NCBI GenBank assembly: GCA_973895155.1
Contig: OZ316898.1
Coordinates: forward strand, 3,596,480 to 3,660,479
Origin: Marsupella aquatica
Lineage: Eukaryota; Plantae; Marchantiophyta
Length of the DNA stretch: 64,000 nt
Reading direction: 5' to 3'
Shown: positions 1 through 11,561 of the stretch, piece after piece
Numbering within the stretch: the stretch's first letter is position 1
How the letters are laid out: every line of letters begins with the position of its first letter
Program-made: the position numbers and the translations under genes
Notes under the pieces: model-generated
Told to the model about the DNA's origin: nothing
The model's database searches: none
Seen by the model: only the letters and a program-made list of their open reading frames with translations

Positions 1-434
1 ATTACTCCTTATTTGCATGAGGAGATTCAACTCTTCACGCGCAGCCAGACGTTTGAGATTCAATTCCTTCATGTATTGTCGTTTATATCTCCATTGCTTA
101 TACCGTTTCCAATGCTTAAGGGATTATAGATCAATAGGTGTCACCTGAATTGAGAACCCCTCAAAATAGTGTCTAAAATTAGTGTACTTCTCTTTCACTG
201 GGAAAGTACTGTACCTATAAGGTACAATAACTTGTGCATTCTGGTTCAAGTATTTGTCCTTCGCCCAGAAAGTACTATATCTCTCTTCACTTTAGGGTTA
301 ATATACATTTTTTGCATTTACTTTGTTATAATCATAGTCTCAATACTTTTAATAAGATACGATAGCTAGTGTTTCCTATATTAGTTAGATTAAATTTGAT
401 GATTCAATACTCTCAATAAGATATCATAGACTTT

Positions 435-658
435 TTTATTGGCCAAGGGATGAGCCTATAACCAAGAGGTCCCAGGTTCAATCCCCCCTCCACACGCAAA
501 TGGTGTGGAGGGTATGTGTGTGTATGTGTGGATGGAGTGTACTGGTGGGAGTTCTCGTTGGGGCATTGAGGGCCTGGTTCATCCCTCTCTCAGTCTTGGA
601 CTGGGTCTCTGTCGGATCTGTAGGTCTGCTTTTGGCTTTTAAGGCAAAAACAAGAAAC
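435..658 (+). mobile_element. tRNA-derived SINE, copy 1
   Basis: Pol III B-box-like GGTCCCAGGTTCAATCC near 468-484, (GT)n body, A-rich tail, flanked by direct repeat TATCATAGACTTT at 422-434 and 659-671; head homologous to SINEs at 17163, 30099 and 37323. Confidence 0.75.
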
Positions 659-815
659 TATCATAGACTTTAGTGTGGATAACGACTTAAAATAACTGTG
701 CCTTAGAAGGGAAGAGCTATATTGCAAACACTATTCTTGGGTACCATTTTTAATTGATCCTAGAATCTCAAATAACAGGTAGCATTTCATAGCAGAAAAA
801 TGTTTTTTTTTCAAA

Positions 816-1036
816 CAGCTTTTAAGTACATTGTCACTAAAGATGTTTGAATTTACAATATTATCACTATTTTTTTTTCGTATTTACAAAATTGTCACGG
901 TTTCCGTATAGTTTCCCTGGTTACCTTGGTAAACTTGTCATCTGTATACCAAACCGTGATATTTTTATAAATATAGAAAAGATAATGACAATATTGTGAA
1001 TTAGAACATCTTTAGTGGCAAAGTGATTAAAAACTC
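816..1036. mobile_element. Fold-back MITE (Mutator-like)
   Basis: Left and right halves are imperfect reverse complements (TTTAAGTACATTGTCACTAAAGATGTT vs AACATCTTTAGTGGCAAAGTGATTAAA); TTTTTTCAAA duplicated at 806-815 and 1037-1046; a related flank with a single TTTTTCAAA (empty site) occurs at ~49850-50000. Confidence 0.75.
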
Positions 1037-1124
1037 TTTTTTCAAATTTGTAAACCCAGGATGGTAAGGATTTGGCTGGATCCAGTACTATAGTTGTTGA
1101 TGTCTCTTAGAGTGGGACCCAAAA

Positions 1125-1346
1125 CTGCCCCCAAGTTCTTCTAAGGCTGCCCTTAGATGCAAAATGGCTAGTAGAGTGTGATCCAAGGGGTTATTTTTGG
1201 TTTAGTTTTTAAAGCAACAACCCTTGCCCTCAATATTGTGGGGGCCGCGTTACTTGAGCTAGGTGCGAAGTGAATTGAAATGCCACATGTCTCATTTTCT
1301 TTGTTGGCTAAACTAAGGGTGGCTTTACAAGAACTTAGGGTAAGTT
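1125..1346. repeat. Short imperfect inverted repeat of a dispersed motif
   Basis: AACTGCCCCCAAGTTCTTCTAAGGCTGCCCTTAG (~1125-1156) pairs with CTAAGGGTGGCTTTACAAGAACTTAGGGTAAGTT (~1313-1346); a similar motif recurs near 14971, 16851 and 37023. Confidence 0.45.
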
Positions 1347-1641
1347 CCTCTTTTTCGAAGTGTTAGATGCAATCCTATGGAAATCAATCATATGTGAGAA
1401 CATACCATTCTTCACGTCCATTCTTGTCAGTGGATTGCATGGTTGGTAAATTGCATTGATTACTTCTTGAACTGACACATTTTGGCTGGCAATCTAAGTA
1501 CATTTTAACTCTTGCGTAAGGAAATGGCCATCTGGATGGAGAGTCAGTACTGTCTTGTACAGCCCAGCTAATAAAGTTCGATGACTCGGTTTCCCTTCAG
1601 GGAAAGTTGAAAATCGCATCAAAGCAATGTTGACTTCCGTG

Positions 1642-3490
1642 ATTCAAGGAGACGAGTCCCTGGAACAGCATTAAGTGTACCTTGGGACTTTCCCACAACC
1701 TACCGGAAGGAGCACCCTGAGTTTTCCCCTTTTTGCACCCATCTCTTTTCAGGCCAGGACCTTACTCTCGCTTCCCCGGGCTCCCTCTCAATTAGAGACT
1801 TAACTTAATTCAACATTCTTATCCCCTCTTGTGTAGTGTCTTTTTCCCTTGCATGTGTTTGTGGGAGTATTTGTTGGACTCCATGGAAGCAATCTTTTGA
1901 CAATAGCTGACATTCTATTTAAATTTTTTGGACTCCATGGAGAGTTCCCGGGTATTGTCCTGGTTTTGAAAAAAAATTAAAAATTTCTTGGACTCCATGG
2001 AGGCAATTGTTTGACAGTAGCTGACACATTTTGACCAGTTTTGCAAAGTCCGGCCCCAGTCTTTTAGTCTTTGATTTATGAGGGGTTGATTATTCAGTGC
2101 AAGATCACCTGAGCTCAAACTCTTGCTATTAAATTCTTCCTCAGTTCATGCTATTAAATTCTTCCTCAGTTCATGGTTGTATTCCAAACCTTCCAGATGA
2201 AACAAATGCATTCATGTCTAACTTGTAATTGTGCCTAACTTTGTAACTTTAGTATTTCAAGGGAGCACAAACACTAAACTCAAAAGAACATACACCATTG
2301 CTATTCCCATAACCTGAAAAAATGAGAAAATTAAAAATTATCACCTACTCATACGGCTAAACTATTGTAGAACCAACTCCCTAGGAAAAACAATTTTCAA
2401 TTCAACCATCAAATTGGATTTTGAAACAATTTCTCTTTTGAAAGTCAGTGTAATGATGAATATAATAGCAATTTTGATTTTCTGATATATCCATTTCTTT
2501 AATACTTCCTGAATTTCTCCACAGTAGTACTGTAGAGTTTACAAACGTCCACAAGGCTACGAATTTACTGATGGTTATAACTTTGATTCTTTATTGAGCA
2601 CTTTATCAGCCAAATGTTTTTTAAATTAGATATATTAGTATATCATCTCCATTCATTAGAGCTAAATTTAAAAAGAAAAACAAATGGGTCGCCATTTTTC
2701 TTTATTCTAAGGCTTGAGCAGTAAGTATGACTACTGTAGTTTACATCTGAAATGATTATCTCCATTTTTTTTGAATTTGATAGATCATTTTGGTTTCAAC
2801 CCCCTTGTATCTTACATCTGGAATATAAGTATGGTCTAAAAAATGCATGATTACAGACGCAAAGTGCTCATGCTCCCATAAAGGTTACAAAGTTAGGCAC
2901 AATTACAAGCTAGGCATGAATGCATTTGTTATTCATCTGGAAGGCATGGAATACAAAGATGAACTGAGGAAGAATTTAGTGGCAAGAGGTTGAGCTCAGG
3001 TGATCTTCCACTAAATAATCAACCCCTCATAAATCAATGACTACAACTAGACTGGGGCAGGACTTTGCAAAGCGGGTCAAAATGTGTGAGCTACTGTCAA
3101 ATGATTGCCTCCATGGAGTCCAAGAATTATTTAATTTATTTTTCCAAAACCAGGATAATACCCGGGGAACTCTCCATGGAGTCCAAGAAATTTAAATAGA
3201 ATGTCAGCTACTTTCAAAAGATTGCCTCCATGGAACCCAAGAAATTTAAACAAACACTTCCACCACCTGGATGCAAAGGAAAAAGGCACTACACCAGAGG
3301 GGATAAGAATGTTGAATTAAGTTTAAGTCTCTAATTGAGAGGGAGCCAGGGGCAGCGAGTGTAAGGTCATGGCCTGAGATGAGTGCAAAAAGGGGAAAAC
3401 TCAGGGTGCACCCAGGGTGCTCCTTCCGGTAGGCTGTGGGGGAGTCCCGAGGTACAGTTAATGCTGTTCCAGGGACTCGTCTCCTTGAAT
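1642..3490. mobile_element. Non-autonomous Mutator-like (MULE/foldback) element with ~620-bp TIRs
   Basis: Ends ATTCAAGGAGACGAGTCCCTGG / CCAGGGACTCGTCTCCTTGAAT; arms ~1642-2270 and ~2865-3490 are reverse complements; 9-bp TSD ACTTCCGTG at 1633-1641 and 3491-3499; single-copy empty site in the paralogous promoter at 30886-30894; no transposase ORF. Confidence 0.9.
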
Positions 3491-4013
3491 ACTTCCGTGT
3501 ACGTAGAGTGAAGAAGTACCAGAACTGGTCCGTTCCAGGAAATGGGGAGCAGGAAATTGGGAGCCGACCTTTCGCGGAGATGGCAACTTGGAAAATAGTG
3601 GCGAACATCAGTTTGCTACGATGTTTGAAGTTGCAAATTGCTGGACATCGGAGAGGATAAGAAGTGACAGAATGCAATTTTCGAGAGGGTGGCGATGCGC
3701 ACGGAAGACGAGGACATTGCGATGCGGTTCTGGTCCATCTTTTGTAAGCTGTGGGTCATGTATGTGCCGTGGGGCAGCTGAGGCTTGGAGTGATCGTCCG
3801 TCTGCCATCACCGCTGAGAATTTGCAGCCTGCTGTTTCAGACAATCAAGTGCAGGTTTGTGCCAGTTTCATCAGTAACTTTGTGGAGATTTGAGGTTCGA
3901 CAATCTAGCTTCTGGAAGGGCTGGATTGTATCTTAACAAGGAGCCCAACTTCCGAGAGCTTGTTTTCTAGTCATATTTCGGTCATCCGGGTTGGAGATTG
4001 GTTTACTTCGTCC

Positions 4014-7000
4014 ATGGCTTCGTCTGTGAAAGAAACTGGTCGCTCTAGTGCTCTAGTGAAGTCAGAGAAGATCATGGCATGGCGGTCACAAATTGAAGAA
4101 TCGTCATCCTTGAAAATCGAGGGGCCCCTGAACACGAAGGAGTGGGACGATTTGATGTTTCTTTTGAGACTTGACGATTTGATGTTTAAAAGACAACTCC
4201 CCGTCCACGCCAGCATCCGTGGGGCTTTGGATTTCGCTCACATTTTCGAGGCCCTAGTCGAAGGACGTATTTCTCAGTTGACTTCACTCACCATACGCTC
4301 TGGTGGATACCCTCGAAGCACGGCTCAGAAATTGGATGCATTGTTGAAGGGTGGGTGCTTGAGAAATTTACGACATCTCAGTGTAGGTGGCGCGGTCTTT
4401 GCTGTAGTGGAGTGGACAGTTTTGACAAACGCAATCAAATCCGGGCTACTGCCAGAACTTCGATCGTAGACACTCATCGACTTCCCGTTGGACCAGCGTC
4501 TTACTTTGGCAGGTTTGGTTGAGGAAGCCGGGAATTGGTTCAGCTCTCTTGAAAATCTCGCCATATCTCGAAGTGTCGGCGCCTCAGAGCAAGTTCTTGC
4601 CATGGTAGACGCGATGATGGAACTCCCGCAGTGGGAATCAGCGTTGAAAGTTCTGAATCTCAGGTCAAATGGTCTGGAGGAAACAGCACTTGATGCTCTG
4701 GCAAACTTGGTCGCAGCGGGCCGCCTGCAGCAGCTAGAGGTATTGGACTTGAGTAGAAACCATACTAAAACATTTGGCGCCGCGATTTTCGCAAAGTTCA
4801 TGCGAAACATTCAAGAGGGCCATCTACCTCGACTGAAAACATTTGACTGGAGAGCCAACGAGATAGGAAGTCATGGTGAAGGAGCAAAGGCTGTTGCGAA
4901 AGCGTATTTCGAAAATGGAGCCCTAACAGCAGATATCCGTATCGATTGGGATTGCGTGCGTGACCCATCGTTGGTGGCGAAGGTGAAAGAATACAAGAAG
5001 AGGAATCGGCGACTTGTTGGTTTCAGGAGTCAGCTCAAAGAGGAGTTCAAAGTTCTCGTCCCCCTAAGATCTGCTAAGATTTTTCTTTGTGGATACCCTG
5101 AAGTAGGGAAAACTACATTAAGGAAAGCTTTGGGAAGACGTTTGGGACCCAGGACCAGGTTGATGTGGGAGAGGCGTCCTAAGCGATTCAAGGAGCCACG
5201 GACAAAGGGGATTGAGTTGAGCCGGATTCAAGACAAGAGACACACCACCCTAATTATGTGGGACCTTGCTGGTCAGGAGGAGTTTCATGTTCTTCATGGT
5301 ACATTTTTGGCAAATCTGGGATTTGCAGGTGGGGAAGCCACGACGTTTGTTCTTGTCTTCAAAGTACCATTTGACGCAAATGTGCAAGCCAAACTCATGT
5401 ACTGGCTCAAGTTTGTGGCGTCCAGTTCTGTAAGAAGTGTACAGCGCCAAGTGATGATTGTCTTGAATTGTTTTGATGGTAAACAATGCCTGGAAAGGGA
5501 CAGGAGATATTGTATGAGCTTGATCAAAGACTTTGCTGCAAAGTTTTTTGATATACTTCACATTCACCCGGATCCATTCATAATCGACGTCCGTGTTGCT
5601 GCATTGGTTCAACCTCTGAAACATCATCTCTTCCACCACGCACAAACACTACTGCAAGATGTACAAGTGCCAAAGGCCTGTTTTGAGCTTCTGAAGGACT
5701 TAAAACAGTGGTCAGACGGTGAGAACAAGAACCGCCTTCCCATTTTTAGCTGGAGGGCTTTCGAAGATGATTGGAAATTGAAGCACCTCTTTAAAAGTGA
5801 CCCTTCAAAGAACCTCAAAATTTGCGCTTCATATTTGCATGAGATAGGGGAAATCATCTACTTCGGCGATACGGCATCCAATCACCGAGGGGCTCAGAAC
5901 AAAAGCATTGTGGTTCCTGATCCAGAATGGTTTTGCAAAGAAGTTGTGGGCCAATTGCTGCTCCCAAAAGAGATGCTTGAAGGAGGCAGCTCCATTCGAG
6001 TGAGTGCTGATGGATCGATATCCACAATCAGGTTCCGGGCATTCTTTGAGCATTTGCTTCATGAAGGAACTGCAAGTGATGATGTGGTTTCAATGCTGGA
6101 ACAAGTGGGTTTGTGCTTTCGGAAAGGAACAGAAGAAATTATCATACCAGCTCTTATTCGTGAAGATGATTACACGTCAATTGACTGGGAAGGCCAAGGA
6201 CTCCACGGAGTGATGGGGAGGTGTCTTGCTACTGAAGACACGGGCAGAACTGCTATTCCTGGGACTCTATTTCGGCGGCTTCAAGTGGAGCTCGCCCAAG
6301 ATCCGAAGTTCGGCGGTCGTGGTGACAGCCAATATAGAACAGGCAAGTCCTTTTGTAGTTTCAAGCTTGGGGAGCTCCTGGTTTTAGTGCAGTTCGACGT
6401 GGATCATTCAGACCCCAGTGATGATAGAATTGACATTCTCGTCAAAAGTGTGCTCCGCGGGGATTCCACAGATGTGAGCATGGCAAAGGTTAATGTCATT
6501 TGTGAAATCTTACAAACATTGGAGAGACTTTGTGTTACATGCTGTCCCGGATTGATGTATGATGTGAAGGTCATTCAACCACGGAACGCTCCTCAGGGAA
6601 CCCCAAAAATGACCGAAAGGCAGCTCATGTCCCTGAGAGAAATAAAGGCTCGTCTGGTCAACGGACAAAAATACTTGAGCTGGAAGCTCAACGGTGATCC
6701 AGTGGAGGTAAAGACCCTTCTTTCGGAGAGTGAACTGAAACGTGTTTTGGGAAGCGCTAAAGCAGAGTATGATGAATGTAAACGGGAGGCAGTATCGCTG
6801 GGTCTCGTGACAGAGGATTCTCTGCAAAAGCTAGAAGAATTTGAGCAAGAGAATGCATCTAAGGCAGAAGGTCTTGACGTGGAAGGAGCTACTATCAAAT
6901 ATCGAAGCGATGATGGAGCGGATATAACGAACCGACGGATTCTCCATGAAATGCGCCAACAGCATCGTCTAACACGCCAGGCTGTCCATGGCGATGGTCA

Positions 7001-7379
7001 TCTCACACGGCAGTATATTGAGAAGTCCCAAGAGGAGATCCGGCAAAAACAGAATGTTCTGGTCAGGCATATACAAGCGCAACAAGAGTTCTCAATTGAA
7101 GTGCAAGGTGATAACAGAAAGTATGGAACCGCAGAAGCACCAGTAGATTTGAGAGAGAGAATGATTGCCGAGGGAGTCGTCAAGGATCTGATTGGTGAAG
7201 TTGGTGAAGCCGATTTTAGAAAAAAGATTGGATTGAGGAAGGTGTTGCTCAGAGCTCCAGCCCAGCCGCAGATAAGCAGCTCAGCGCAGGCCCAATCTAC
7301 TGATGCGCAGTCTTGTGTACGGTGGATTTGCGAGAATTGCTACAAGAGCTACGGGGATAGAGCCAGGGCCATCGGATAG
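4014..7379 (+). pseudogene. TORNADO1-like LRR-Roc-COR (ROCO) gene, copy A, with premature stop
   Basis: ATG 4014; in-frame TAG at 4467-4469 (TTG in copy B) then the same frame continues to 7379. LRR motifs (LKVLNLRSNGL, LEVLDLSRN), P-loop GYPEVGKT, RTKGIE, WDLAGQEEF, COR motif LHEIGEIIYF...PDPEWFC, C-terminal GLRKV...WICENC. Lacks 132 codons present in copy C (junction 7100/7101). Confidence 0.85.
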
Positions 7380-8049
7380 AGAGACGAGAGTAGATTGCTA
7401 CTAGCTGAGAATAATTTTAAAGATTTCCTTCCAATCTAGTCCGCGGAGCTCATTTTCATCACACTCATCAGCCACGTAAAGTGATTACGATGTCCACCTT
7501 CACATTCGACGATCATAGAGGACTGGATTTTCGCAGAGCATAAGGCTGCTGCCATTCTTCCACCCGTGGTCAAGTGCAGGACGTCAGTATAAATCCGAAG
7601 AGATTCCTACTGATTAAAACATTTCTGAACCTCCCGGCACTTGGAAGTCCTTCGCGTTCACATGAATTTTTGTGTTCATAAGCCGCTCTTCAGGGTTGAA
7701 GGTTCAGTACGCTCCAGTGCATGGTTTTGCCAGCGCTGCCCTCGTGGAATTCTATAGCAAAAGTTAGATCGATATGATGGTACCGTGCCGGTTGCACATG
7801 GTAGCGTACTGTAGTGAAATTCTCAGGATGAAATCATTTATGGAGTCCAAGGTTGCATTTGACTAGGCGCCGAACTGTACTAGAGGACCACGTCGGGTGA
7901 GAACCTTGAAGACAATCAACGATGAAAGTACATTTCCTTGGCATCTCTGGGAGGTTCTCCCTTGTAACCGATTGCAAAGTATATGCATCTATCACTTTCT
8001 CACCTTCATGCATAGTTGGAAAATCCAGAGATTTGAATCGAAATTGGCC

Positions 8050-8420
8050 ACCCGAATCATGGGTGGTATTTCTTTAAGCCATCTCTCGTCTCCTCCTCGT
8101 TAACTTTCCTGAATTCTCTCCGGTTGTTCTTGGATGAGGCGATGGCGATTCCCATGGGTTGCGGTAATTGAGTGTACAATTTCGGAGCAAATCAGCTCCA
8201 TGTTTCTGAAAAGGTTCAAGACTGTTTACGAGTTCCAACACTTTCCACTTCACTTTCAGGCACCATAACCATATTAGAAGCATTTCGCGCAAGTACACCA
8301 TCACCACTCACATTTGTCTTATCTGATCTGGGGCTGAATTGAGCCCTGCGCAATGGTCATGTCCGGTTCAGAGGCTTCATCATCGTCATTTGCAACTTAG
8401 GGTGGAGCTCGATTCCTCAC
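8050..8420 (-). pseudogene. Remnant of the NAC gene 3' tail carried in the duplicated unit
   Basis: Clear nucleotide similarity to ~44850-45460 (e.g. CTCCATGTTTCTGAAA, GTTCCAACACTTTC, CAGGCACCATAA, TTCAGAGGCTTCAT) with internal deletions. Confidence 0.7.
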
Positions 8421-9889
8421 CAAATAGTTTTGAGTGGTATTTTTCTCTCTAGATTAAGGGTTGGGGTTGCTGATATTCTCATAACCTGGACTAGTTGAGT
8501 AGGGTACCAACCATGGCCGCAAGGGGGTTATGGGATGTCATTCCAAAGGGCTGTGAGTCCTAGCGAATTACAGTCATGGCCATGGATTAATGAGCATAAG
8601 ACTCCAGGGTAATGTTTTGCTCTATTTTGTCATGAAAATTGTGCCTAAGATTGTGCCAAACCGTCCAGTCAGAGAAATATGAAGAAAAAACTACAGGAAG
8701 CAATTAAGTTTCTAAAATACTCGACAATTTGTGGAATGAGGATTGTCCTTAATTAAACTGTCCTTACCTGAGCAGTGCACCCACCTCCTTCCTTGCACGG
8801 CAGTCTGGAGCCTAAGTGCAATAGAGTCAAAGATACATGATGCTCTCTTTTGTGAAAGTTAGGATCGTTTTAAATCTAGATATGTGCTATATATTGATAT
8901 GCTAGTGATAAACTTGAACAAAACATCCTTGCTTAAACATCCTTCAAGCATTCCAAACTTCAACAAGGGCCAAAATTGAAGAAACCATCAGTATTTGATG
9001 ATATCTTGAAATGAACCCATACCAAAATAATATTACAAAACTCCATTCATTTGTTTGACCAGCAACTGGCAAAAACCAAAGCATACGTAAAGGGATGAGG
9101 AATTACACTTACAAAGTGCTCGATACATTTTGAGTATCATTTTCGTTTGCTTGTCGCCACCGCTCGCAAGGATTGACCAAATCGTGCGAGTAGATACCTC
9201 ATGTTAAAGATGAGATCCCGGTCATACTTCTCGCCTTTCTTTGACACTGCCTTTAGCTTGCGAGATCAACATTCATCCAGCTTCTGTCCTGCAGGCATCT
9301 TTTCTCCGTGACGGACTTTCTGACCTTGCCATTTATACTCGATGCTTCTTCTATCCATTTTGAATCTAGAGATTGATCATCTTGTGGCGAGACAAGTGAG
9401 AAAGCCATCGCACAGACCTCACCCTGAAAGAGGAAGCTCAATAACACCAAACGTTAAATCTACGTCAGCCGTACAACCAGAACATAAACCAAGACACATA
9501 TAATTCGAATTACTTGTTTTCTATATCATAAATATAGTGTATTAGTTATGGACCCCCATGAGAGGTCCCTTGCAAATTCCTTGCCACGAGGTTGAGCCAC
9601 ATCAGCACAACCAGCCACAAACAAGAAATAACATATTTTTGACAGTAACAAAAACACGCATTCATGGATGTGGCAAAAACAACATAATTTTTGGGGCGCC
9701 ATGCCATAAATATTAAGCGTAAAAAAAACCAGAATACAAAGGAAGAGATGTCATTTAATAAAATAAAATTACCATTATGATGTTTGTCAATGATATATCA
9801 GTATTTTATATCAAAATACTTGTATTTTTTTAATTGTTTGCAAGTTTGAAAAAACCAATTGTCTGATAGAAATGTACATAGTTAGAACC

Positions 9890-10410
9890 CTTTGGCTCCA
9901 CATTGTAAAACTAAATAATCAATCTCCTTAATACTTAATGAAATGTGTCAATGTTTGATTTATTGGAAAGCTCAAGATCAATATTTAGAAACTCATGACC
10001 CTTTTAGTAGTGTCTTTATAACATTTCTCAATGCCACATTCATTGGAAAGCTAGAGCAAAATTATAAACTCATTATCTCCTCAATACTTGACAAAATCTA
10101 TCAATGTTAGGTTCATTGGAAAACTAGAGAAATTCAAATATTCATGCTCTCTCTAATTCTTGACGAATACTTCCAATATCACATATTAGAAAGCTAGAGA
10201 GATTGAAAACCTCATGATCTCTTTAGTACCGTGACAAAACCTGACATGAAATTTGTCAATGTCGAATTCATTGTTGGAAAACTAAAAGACTTCATGAACT
10301 CATGATTGATCAAAATTTCTTATTGTCACACCCATTGCAAAGGCTAATAATTTCAAAAACTCATTTGGAACTTAACAAAATTTGTCAATCTCAGGCTCAT
10401 TGGAAACCCT
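9890..10410. repeat. Degenerate AT-rich tandem repeat, ~60-90 bp unit, ~8 copies
   Basis: Recurring ...TCAATGT...TCATTGGAAAGCTAGAG...AAACTCATGA... with anchors near 9902, 9962, 10042, 10116, 10185, 10274, 10334 and 10399. Confidence 0.7.
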
Positions 10411-11561
10411 TTCTTGACTAAGAGATGTCACAATCCCGTCACCGTCACAAACTTAGCTGTTACAATTGATTTATTTGATTACGTTGTCATCGCTTTCCGC
10501 AACGCTTGCTTCCCGACTTGAATTATTCGTGTCCCTCCAGGCTTCAACTGAAGCTCACTCTGAACATCTAGGTTGATGCCAAATACAATCTCTATGTCAA
10601 AGAAACAATCGCTGGTCTCCCTCTCACATCATAGCTTTCTTAAATTAAAAAAAAAACTACAAAACCTTTCATGTGAAGTGGTGGCTCGTCCGTTTTGTGT
10701 TCTTCCCACTGAAATGACAAACTCCTTTTCGCCAACAATTGAGTGTTGTCCTCCGGTCTGTCTTGTGGTGGTAATGTTTAATATAACTCACAAACGATCA
10801 ATCAAGATTAGTAGAAACATGATTTTTTCAATGTGTAAGCGAAAATTGTCAAAAAATTCAATTCTTCCACATTCAACCTTCCGTTTGATAAACTAGAGAG
10901 ATCATCCCAACCAGATCGATCTCCTCTATCTTTTGAGCGTTCTCTTTTGTAGGAGCACACATCAAGACCACCGGGAGACTCAAAACCATTGGTTACCGTC
11001 TTGTTGAAAATTGATTTCATTTCATCACATACACATTCCTTGGATGAACATGGGGTCCACAGATTAATTTATGTTCTAGTGTATGGACTGCATTAACTTG
11101 ACATAGATTTAACATGCAGTTCAATAGAGTCATAAAATTCAATTTTCATTTTTTTTAAGTGCATGAAAACATTAGGATTTTGCGATTACAGTTCGGTACT
11201 ATGCTTGTGCAAGAGCATCCGGAATTCCTATCTGTTTAGGAGGCAGAGGTGACAACTTGTAAATGGCCAGGTCCTAGAGGTCATACGTTTTATCATAATT
11301 GCAGCGAATGTTGCCTATCTTAGGGAATCCGTAACAAGAGTTCCCAAGGCAAAGAAAAATATATGGCAAATGTCACCTAAACAATTCTCTTTGTTGAAGA
11401 GTGGACTCATTGAACACAACTATGAGCATTGGGTTTTCACCTGTGCGTGCTAGAACCCTTTGCAAGTTTGGGTTTTCACCTGTGCGTGCTAGAACCCTTT
11501 GCAAGTTTCGATGCACGTAAGACCTTTGCAAGTTGTGATGCATTGATAGCGGAGCACACCT

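Noticed and set aside
440-490. tRNA gene
   Set aside because: No complete cloverleaf; has a TSD, body and tail, so it is a SINE head.
6319-6598. Copy C deletion as precise loss of a cryptic GT-AG intron
   Set aside because: Removing GT...CAG from copy A gives GGTCGGAACC, not the observed GGTCGAACC; a genomic deletion fits better.
9890-10410. CRISPR-like regular repeats
   Set aside because: Whole units are degenerate copies with no unique spacers; eukaryotic context and no cas genes.
11430-11507. Short tandem duplications (also 29849-29934, 43081-43171, 54696-54757)
   Set aside because: Ordinary two-copy duplications without further structure.
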